From Alphaproteobacteria bacterium (GTDB taxonomy: Bacteria > Pseudomonadota > Alphaproteobacteria > JAUXUR01), in NCBI GenBank assembly GCA_030680745.1, contig JAUXUR010000026.1, positions 1,899-65,898 on the forward strand: 64,000 nt of DNA. Direction: 5' to 3'. Below are positions 57,317-64,000 of the stretch, piece after piece. Position 1 is the first letter of the stretch. Each line of letters begins with the position of its first letter. Under the pieces are notes generated by a model. The model did not search any database. It saw nothing but the letters and a program-made list of their open reading frames with translations, and was not told where the DNA came from. Position numbers and translations under genes: made by a program.

Positions 57317-58183
57317 TTAATATATATTACAAATTTCGGTAAATTTTTTAAAATAAAGTGGATCGCAGTCATCTTCTAATGCCCAAGCCCAGGCTAAAAT
57401 TGCTTGAACAAAATTCCATTGGGCAATGCGTTGAGAAGGTGTTTTAAGAATATGTGCAAAAACCTGGATGCGTTTTTCAATAATTTCTTTGGCATTACGT
57501 ATCGTTAATAAATCAGGAATGGGGTTGCGGATAAAAGCTGCAATCTCGTATGCAGGGTCACCAATGATGCCTTTGGGATCAATTGCTATCCAATCATTGG
57601 AATGAGACAAAATATTATCATGGTGTAAATCACCATGAAGCAAAACGTTTTTGGGGGATGTTTCTAAAAGATGATTCTTTAAATCACGTGCTTTTTGTAA
57701 ATATTCGGAGGGGATATTGAGATCTTGATCTAAAAGAGCAAGCCAATCTGAAATATGTGGGAATTGATTTTCAATCGGCAAAGGCGCTTTGTGGAGTTTT
57801 GTGATTAGATCTGATGCAATATAAATAGCTTCTTCATCACGAAGATTAAAATAGTTTTTGAGTGATTGTCCAGGTATTGCACGTTCTATAAGTAAAGCAT
57901 CATCATTTTCGGCATAAAATTTAACACAAGAATGTCCGTTAAAAGCCCTAAGAGCATCTGCTTCTTTTCTTAAAGATTCAATATCAGGACTTACTTTTAA
58001 AACGACTGGTTTTGTATTTTGAACTGCCGAGAGGACATAATTGTAAGTGAGGTTTTCAAAGGGTTTAAGTTGCGTTAGGTGCCAATCTTTAGCATATTCT
58101 TGAATAAGCTTTGGTAAAGAATGAAGCCAGTTTTTACCTTTATCGCCATAAAGATTGATTATGTTTTGGTTGAAGTGTTGCAT
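57317..58183 (-). CDS. Aminoglycoside/hydroxyurea-resistance kinase family protein (APH(6)/StrB-like)
   Basis: Kinase-like catalytic loop LLHGDLHHDNIL, then IAIDPKGIIGDPAYEIA. Overall length and layout resemble StrB. Confidence 0.75.
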   Translation of the reverse strand: MQHFNQNIINLYGDKGKNWLHSLPKLIQEYAKDWHLTQLKPFENLTYNYVLSAVQNTKPVVLKVSPDIESLRKEADALRAFNGHSCVKFYAENDDALLIERAIPGQSLKNYFNLRDEEAIYIASDLITKLHKAPLPIENQFPHISDWLALLDQDLNIPSEYLQKARDLKNHLLETSPKNVLLHGDLHHDNILSHSNDWIAIDPKGIIGDPAYEIAAFIRNPIPDLLTIRNAKEIIEKRIQVFAHILKTPSQRIAQWNFVQAILAWAWALEDDCDPLYFKKFTEICNIY

Positions 58184-58248
58184 TGGGCAATTCTAATATA
58201 AAATACACAATATTTAAATACTCACGCAACACTAACCAATTGTAAAAA

Positions 58249-58524
58249 TTAATCGGTTTGGCGCATTCCTTGCTTGGTATTTTCTTTAAAAACATCACTA
58301 TCTTTAATTTGATTTAATTCGACATGTGATGTTTCCATTGAGCTCATTATTTCATCTATATCGGCGCGCATTTTTTGAAGTTTTATTTGCATGTCTTTCA
58401 TTTTCTGACATGCTGTATCCATTCTTGTTTTTATATTGTGATCTTTTGTGTCTGCATTCACCTGAGTAGCAGAAATGAAAATTATTGAAGATAGAAATAA
58501 AGTTTTTTTAAAGGTAGTTTTCAT
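58249..58524 (-). CDS. Small secreted coiled-coil protein
   Basis: Signal peptide MKTTFKKTLFLSSIIFISATQVNA. 91 aa, no family recognised. Confidence 0.5.
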   Translation of the reverse strand: MKTTFKKTLFLSSIIFISATQVNADTKDHNIKTRMDTACQKMKDMQIKLQKMRADIDEIMSSMETSHVELNQIKDSDVFKENTKQGMRQTD

Positions 58525-58894
58525 TTTTTTTCCTTACTAAACATCTTGACTAAGCTTTCATATTGATCCCTAGTCAATTGATTTCCCTTAATTATAGAGC
58601 AACATATCTGCATATTAATTGCAATAAAAATGTGTTTTAAATAGGTGAATTGCATTTCATTGAAATTTGGTGTGTATCAAAAAAGAAACAAGCTTTGCTG
58701 AGGTTGATTTTATTGGATTTTTTATAGCAATAAATATTGGAATGATTAATTTTGGATAAAAATTTTCCAAATGCTAGGCGTTTGCCTGGATCTACGTATG
58801 AAGCTTTGCTTCAACGAGTCCAGGAAAACAAAGGAGTGTGGACAAATTTCTAGGATGAAAAAAAATTGTTCCGTAGATTGTAGACAATTAAATG

Positions 58895-59308
58895 CTACTG
58901 AACTTTAAGACCATCAGCATCGTGAACTTCAATTTTTTCAATGACATCAGAATTTTTGCTTGCATAGACTACACGCGCTGTAATATATCCACGATTGTTT
59001 GATAAGGCACCTTCTACAGGTGTGCCTGCAACTTCCCAAAGCCCTAAAGTCATAACATCAAGTGCACCATGGCCTGCGGCACGAACATAGTTAAAGCCAC
59101 TTTTGCGTGCTTTTGCACGATAGGTTTCAGTATATTTACCATTTTCTTCTGTATGTTTATCAAGAATTTCCATACCTAGTGAAAGATAGCATCCTCTGGA
59201 ATGACATTTTCTGACGTCGCTAACTGCTACGCCGTCGTTTGATGCTGCTTTATAAACTGAACAGCTGCTTATAAAAAGGGCCAATGCTACATAACTTAGC
59301 TTGTACAT
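58895..59308 (-). CDS. Putative lipoprotein
   Basis: Lipobox-like LALFISSC at the N-terminus. 137 aa, no family recognised. Confidence 0.6.
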   Translation of the reverse strand: MYKLSYVALALFISSCSVYKAASNDGVAVSDVRKCHSRGCYLSLGMEILDKHTEENGKYTETYRAKARKSGFNYVRAAGHGALDVMTLGLWEVAGTPVEGALSNNRGYITARVVYASKNSDVIEKIEVHDADGLKVQ

Positions 59309-59489
59309 TTACTATGTTCCATTTGTTAACAATAATTTAATATCAGGAGTCTACACTTTTATAAAAAATATGCAATATGTGATTAAGCAGGCTATTGCTA
59401 TGTATTGATTTTGTTCTAAAAAATATTTAATATTGGTTAATCGTTTTCTCTTGTTTTAAAAGAATATATTTTTTTAATATTAAAAATGG

Positions 59490-59595
59490 TATAGTCGATA
59501 GACATTGGAAGTATACATCGTCACGCCTTATGCATGTATATACGTACACACTTCGCTTGTTGTTCCTTGTCTACTTCTCAAGTCTATCGACTATA
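59490..59595 (+). repeat. ~106-bp palindromic-ended element, copy 1 (upstream of the DUF2157 gene)
   Basis: TATAGTCGATAGAC...GTCTATCGACTATA perfect 14-bp terminal inverted repeats. Roughly 85-90% identical by eye to 61760-61865. Confidence 0.8.
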
Positions 59596-59635
59596 ATTTA
59601 ATATTGTTGATCTATTCATTCGTTGAGAGGCGAAA

Positions 59636-60664
59636 ATGGTAAAAGAAAAAAAATCTGTAGATCTTACTAAAATTAAAATTCACCGTTCACTTATTGAAAA
59701 ATTATTTGCACAAAATATAATTTCAACTGAAGTGCGCACAACGAGCTTACAGCTTATATATCCCCATCAAAATTGGGGATTATGGGCACAGAGATTGTTT
59801 TTAATTTTAGGTTTTTCTCTTATTTTATCGAGTATTATTTTCTTTTTCGCTTTTAATTGGGCAATTATACCAAATTTTGCAAAATTAGGGGTAATTGAAG
59901 CCGGTTTTTTTGTGGCTATTATTTGTAGCTTTTGTTTTGATCTTAAGAAGATTTTAGGACAAATAAGTCTATTGGGCGCTTCGGTTTTTGTGGGGGCTTT
60001 TTTAGCAGTGTTTGGTCAAATCTATCAAACAGGCGCTGATGCTTATCAGATTTTTCTTATATGGTCACTCCTTATTTTACCGTTCGTCTTTATTTCAACC
60101 AATTCTTTTCATTGGTTTCTTTGGTTTGTGGTGTCGTCACTTGCTATTTATTTTTACTGCAACCAAGTTTTTATGATTAATTTAATATTTGATAATGTGA
60201 CTTGGGTATTGCTTGCTCTTTTTTCGTCAGCGCTTCTTGTTGTAAAAGCCTATTATAGGTCGCTCAAAAAAATATGGATGCCAGCGCCTTGGACGACGTC
60301 GTTGCTTGTATTTGCAACGCTTTCATATTTGCTTGTGCCATCTCTTCATTACGTTTTTGAAATTGGGAAAGAGCCCATAGGTTTTTTTGTACAATTAGGG
60401 ACTGGGTTATCACTTATTATTCACGCAATATTTTATTTGTATTTTAGGTTTAAAAAACCCGCTATTGTGCCCTTATGTTTTACCTATTTGTCTTTATGTA
60501 TCATTGTTGAAGCCATTATAGCGCGTGTTATTTTATGGTCAGGAAATGAATTGGGTGCAATTGGTTATTTGATTGTTCTTATTTTTACGCTTGGATTATT
60601 TAGTTTTGCAACGATGCGTTTGCACCACTTCTACAAGAAAATGAGGATTAAATATGATGCATAG
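59636..60664 (+). CDS. DUF2157-type polytopic membrane protein
   Basis: Short soluble N-terminus then about 9 TM segments. The FFFAFNW motif after the first TM is typical of DUF2157. GAGAGG RBS. Confidence 0.7.
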   Translation: MVKEKKSVDLTKIKIHRSLIEKLFAQNIISTEVRTTSLQLIYPHQNWGLWAQRLFLILGFSLILSSIIFFFAFNWAIIPNFAKLGVIEAGFFVAIICSFCFDLKKILGQISLLGASVFVGAFLAVFGQIYQTGADAYQIFLIWSLLILPFVFISTNSFHWFLWFVVSSLAIYFYCNQVFMINLIFDNVTWVLLALFSSALLVVKAYYRSLKKIWMPAPWTTSLLVFATLSYLLVPSLHYVFEIGKEPIGFFVQLGTGLSLIIHAIFYLYFRFKKPAIVPLCFTYLSLCIIVEAIIARVILWSGNELGAIGYLIVLIFTLGLFSFATMRLHHFYKKMRIKYDA

Positions 60665-61871
60665 AATGAATGGGCAAGATTATTTAGATTATTTGCATGA
60701 TCGTCAATTGGTTGATGAACGTGCGTTAGGTACCATAAAAAAATACATGATTAATAATGCGAAGCAACCTGGGCTGCCATTTTATTTCCATCTTTTAGCC
60801 GGTGTTGGAACATTGATTTCGACATTTTGTCTTTACTCAGTTTTAAATCTTTTTGGATTTATAAGTTTTTTCAATACAGAAGGTTTTCTAGGTTGGGGGA
60901 TTTCTTTTATCGTTTTGGCTATATTGATTTATTTTCAATTTAAAAGCAATAAAAGCCTTGTACAGCAAAGTTTTTTGATTCAGTTTTCTTTTGCATTGAT
61001 GGTCGTCGGAAAAGTTTTTATTATAATTTACACCCTTTATAATCTTCAAAATTACTTTAAATTTCATAGTACTTGGGTCTATTCAGCAATTCTTTTTTTG
61101 TTGACGGGACTTACTTTTTTTCTTTACAAGGTAACAGCAGAACGCTTTTTGGGGTGTTTTTTTCTTTTTCTTTCCATTATTTACAATATTACTGAAACAC
61201 CATTTTTTCAGCCAGATAATAATCTTGTCTTAAATATTTACATGTTGCTGCAAGTTGTTTTGGCGAGTGTTTTATTTACACATTCGTTTGTCAAAAACGC
61301 TTTTATTACTATCGCTTATGCGCTTGTTTTGTCTGTTGCTGTGGAAATTGTTTTTTTTGATTTAACAATTGCCCCGTGGATTCTTGGTAGAGATTTTGGG
61401 TTAATATATGTGCAATATGGTTTTGCGCTTTTACTAATTTGGTCTATGTTTTGGGCATCTGGAGCACCTAATATCCGCGCATGTTTTAAAAACATCCATT
61501 TGATTTTGGCATCGTTACTTGTAGTTTTGTTGTCATATTTGACAGCACCCGGTATTATTTTTTCAATCTTTTTGATTGTTCTGGGATATGCATGTCAGCG
61601 GCGGTTTTTATGGTTATTGGGTGTATTTCTAATGCCAATTTACCTTTTCTTTTATTATTACGATTTGCAAGTTACCCTTCTTGAAAAATCAATTATTATG
61701 TTCTCGAGCGGCCTTATTCTTTTGATTGGTGCTGCATATATTCGTATTTGTAAATTAGATATAGCCAATAGTCATTGGAAGGATACATCGTCACGCCTTG
61801 CTCATGTAGACAAGAATACACTTCACTTGTTGTTCCTTGTCTACTTCTCAAGTCTATCGACTATAATATAA
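60654..61871 (+). CDS. DUF4401-type polytopic membrane protein (C-terminal 37 codons supplied by a repeat element)
   Basis: Overlaps the preceding gene by 11 nt. Multi-TM. Positioned between DUF2157 and GDYXXLXY genes as in the conserved trio. Confidence 0.65.
   Translation: MMHRMNGQDYLDYLHDRQLVDERALGTIKKYMINNAKQPGLPFYFHLLAGVGTLISTFCLYSVLNLFGFISFFNTEGFLGWGISFIVLAILIYFQFKSNKSLVQQSFLIQFSFALMVVGKVFIIIYTLYNLQNYFKFHSTWVYSAILFLLTGLTFFLYKVTAERFLGCFFLFLSIIYNITETPFFQPDNNLVLNIYMLLQVVLASVLFTHSFVKNAFITIAYALVLSVAVEIVFFDLTIAPWILGRDFGLIYVQYGFALLLIWSMFWASGAPNIRACFKNIHLILASLLVVLLSYLTAPGIIFSIFLIVLGYACQRRFLWLLGVFLMPIYLFFYYYDLQVTLLEKSIIMFSSGLILLIGAAYIRICKLDIANSHWKDTSSRLAHVDKNTLHLLFLVYFSSLSTII
61760..61865 (+). 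repeat. ~106-bp palindromic-ended element, copy 2 (inside the 3' end of the DUF4401 ORF)
   Basis: TATAGCCAATAGTCATTGGAAGGATACATCGTCACGCCTTG...CTTCTCAAGTCTATCGACTATA. The ORF stop at 61869-61871 lies 4 nt beyond the element. Confidence 0.8.
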
Positions 61872-61886
61872 GTTAGGGAGACAAAC

Positions 61887-62390
61887 ATGAAAAAAATAAT
61901 TCTCCTTTTAGCGACCATTACGATTTTTGTTTTCTTTAACTACAATATTTACGTAAAGGAAAATATTATTGAGAATGGTGAAAAAATATTTCTTGAATTG
62001 CGTCCGGTTGATCCACGATCTTTTATGCAAGGTGATTATATGGCTTTGCGTTTTAAGATTGAAGAAGATGCTCGTTTCAATGCGAATGAATCTGTGCCGC
62101 TAAAAGGTAAAATTGAGGTGACTATTAATGAACAAAAAATAGGACATTTTGATAAATTGTATATAGGCGGCGATTTAAATGCGAATCAACGTTTGTTTGA
62201 TTATCGACTTACCAATTTAGGTATAAATATTATCCCGGATTCTTTTATGTTCCAGGAAGGACATGCATCTTTTTATGAAAAAGCGAAATACGGCGTTTTT
62301 AAGTTTATTGGACATGAATATTTATTAACGGGACTCGCCGATGAACATTTAAATGAAATTAAACCATTGGCTGAGACTTTGGTAAAATAG
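61887..62390 (+). CDS. GDYXXLXY-domain protein
   Basis: N-terminal TM anchor and the literal motif DPRSFMQGDYMALRF (GDYxxLxF/Y). GGGAG RBS. Confidence 0.75.
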   Translation: MKKIILLLATITIFVFFNYNIYVKENIIENGEKIFLELRPVDPRSFMQGDYMALRFKIEEDARFNANESVPLKGKIEVTINEQKIGHFDKLYIGGDLNANQRLFDYRLTNLGINIIPDSFMFQEGHASFYEKAKYGVFKFIGHEYLLTGLADEHLNEIKPLAETLVK

Positions 62391-62552
62391 TATTTACTCT
62401 AAGATTTTCGTCATTACAAGTTACCCAGCACCTAGACGTGTGGATTTAAAAGTCATGTCTTAACTTAATAAATTGGAAAAAGTCTATTGCATAACCCCTT
62501 CAATCGATCTAGATCAAACGAATTATGCAAAGCGATTATTGAAAGTGTTCTA

Positions 62553-63890
62553 CTAATTACCCCACTTTTGACCTTTAAAATCAAGATTTAATTGCGATTG
62601 CTTAATTATTAAATTGGGTCTATTTTCTTTTATTTTTTGTATGAAGATATCCGAGAGCATTTTATTATAAGTATTCAACTCTATGTAATTAAGCTGAGGC
62701 AGGTTATTTATAATTAATTCAGCGTCCTGATCTTTCATCTCATTACAAAGAATTGATAATTCCTGAAGATTATTCAATCCGTTAAAACAACGAATAAGCT
62801 CATTCCCATTAAAAAACCAAGTACCATTTTTACAAAAATTAATGCTTAGCTTTTTAAGATTCTTCAAATTAGAAATAGATTCTAATTTTTCAATCCCTTG
62901 AACTGCTTCTGAATCCCTAAAATCAACACGAGTACGAATCGTCAAATTCTCAAGATTGGTCATTCTTCCAATAATATTCAACGCATTATTTGAATATGAC
63001 TCAATATCTAAAAACCTTAGATTAGGCATTTTTGCAATGGTGTTAAGAAAAATATCGTTTGAAGTAAGTATTTTTAAAACAGTAAGTTTATGTTTATTCA
63101 AAAAATCTAAATCTATATTTTTAGAAACAATATTTTCAGAAAGATCCAAAGCAATAAGATTATTCATACAAAACAATCCTTGAATCTCTTCACTGCTGAT
63201 ATTCGTTTGGGAAAGATTCAATTTCATTAGTTTTGGCGCTTTATATATTTCCTTAAAACTATCAGGATCAAACTTCATTGAAATAAGGTTTAATGTCTCT
63301 AAATTTTGAAAACCAGCAATTTTTTTACAATCAATTGGTTTAAAAGCCATATTTTTAACCGAAAATGATTTTAAAGTGTGCTTCGATTTTACCAGCAATA
63401 GGCCCAACGCTTTTGAATGTATTGACTTAAAGCGCATCTGTTCAGGAATGTTATCATTTAAAACATATTTCACATGTGGAATTTCATATTTTTGAATAAT
63501 GGTACTTAAATATTCTACATTTGGTCCATTTTCATACTCAAACCATGAATGATGAAATGCTCTTTTAAAGGGATTGATTTTTTTTATTTGTACTATGTTT
63601 TCAGATTCGTCATCTAAAATCATATTATCTGAATTTTCAACAGGAACCTGCTGATCTTGTTGATTTAATTCTTCCCATCTTTCCATAAATTTGATATGGA
63701 CATTTTGAGGTAACGCCAAAATAACAGGTAACTGATCTTTAAACGGACTAATATCAAAATTTCTTAATCCTTCATCCGTGTATAAAGTTTCTATAACCTC
63801 TTCAATATAACCTGCTTTACAGGCACTTGTTATGACATTTGATACACCAAGCATCATACAAAAGATTATTATCTTCTTAAAATTCAACAT
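62553..63890 (-). CDS. Secreted leucine-rich repeat (LRR) protein
   Basis: Start moved to the ATG at 63890 (GGAGA RBS). Signal peptide MLNFKKIIIFCMMLGVSNVITSA. About 22-25-aa LRR units (LMKLNLSQTNISSEEIQGL, LIALDLSENIVS, LRFLDIES..., LENLTIRT..., LKKLSINF..., LQELSILCNEM...). Confidence 0.8.
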   Translation of the reverse strand: MLNFKKIIIFCMMLGVSNVITSACKAGYIEEVIETLYTDEGLRNFDISPFKDQLPVILALPQNVHIKFMERWEELNQQDQQVPVENSDNMILDDESENIVQIKKINPFKRAFHHSWFEYENGPNVEYLSTIIQKYEIPHVKYVLNDNIPEQMRFKSIHSKALGLLLVKSKHTLKSFSVKNMAFKPIDCKKIAGFQNLETLNLISMKFDPDSFKEIYKAPKLMKLNLSQTNISSEEIQGLFCMNNLIALDLSENIVSKNIDLDFLNKHKLTVLKILTSNDIFLNTIAKMPNLRFLDIESYSNNALNIIGRMTNLENLTIRTRVDFRDSEAVQGIEKLESISNLKNLKKLSINFCKNGTWFFNGNELIRCFNGLNNLQELSILCNEMKDQDAELIINNLPQLNYIELNTYNKMLSDIFIQKIKENRPNLIIKQSQLNLDFKGQKWGN

Positions 63891-64000
63891 ATTTTCTCCA
63901 ATTTTGAACAAGATTTGTATATTAAAAATATTTTAAAACTTCATTATTTTAATAAAAAAATTATAAAAATTTCAATACTATAATATACAATATCTAATAA

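Noticed and set aside
58780-58850. Possible degenerate REP-like unit (CCTGGATCTACGTATGAAGCTTTGCTTCAACGAGTCCAGG)
   Set aside because: It shares only the outer CTGGAT/TCCAG arms with the defined families. It is too diverged to assign confidently.
63891-63911. TTG start of the LRR ORF as listed in the ORF track
   Set aside because: The ATG at 63890 has a proper RBS and yields a canonical signal peptide. The 7 extra codons are unsupported.

Overview
Low-GC 64-kb chromosomal window. I infer an alphaproteobacterium with an intracellular-symbiont lifestyle (Holosporales/Rickettsiales-like), based on MucR/Ros, LpxI, an alpha-type RNase E, nuo gene order, and many signal-peptide proteins with eukaryote-like repeats. 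Core blocks: rne; amiC-mrcA; holB-mucR-serC; bamA-skp-lpxD-fabZ-lpxA-lpxI-lpxB; nuoA-nuoI. Two tRNAs are present: Asp-GTC and Thr-TGT. Between the core blocks sit visibly more AT-rich accessory genes. Most have Sec signal peptides: a tandem CAP-domain protein, two Sel1-repeat proteins, an exported Lon-like AAA+ ATPase, a Nudix-like protein, a patatin phospholipase, an LRR protein, a ubiquitin-like protein, a zinc-ribbon/pseudo-cyclase/STAND/TPR protein, an APH(6)-like kinase, and the conserved DUF2157-DUF4401-GDYXXLXY trio. The window also carries at least six short-repeat or MITE-like families and one intact IS903-group IS. The most notable observations are as follows. (1) Two displaced, decaying copies of the nuoI 3' end bracket orphan cargo genes downstream of an intact nuoI, and nuoJ-N are absent; this looks like serial insertion at the nuoI terminus. 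(2) A ~123-bp element occurs three times in one orientation, twice inside the nuo operon, and each copy ends just before a start codon and supplies the only Shine-Dalgarno-like sequence. (3) There is a three-level nested insertion: an IS inside a TIR element inside a palindromic MITE, each with target duplications. (4) A ~106-bp palindromic element provides the last 37 codons of the DUF4401 gene. (5) A REP-like repeat cluster separates nuoE from nuoF. No CRISPR array, rRNA or prophage was seen.
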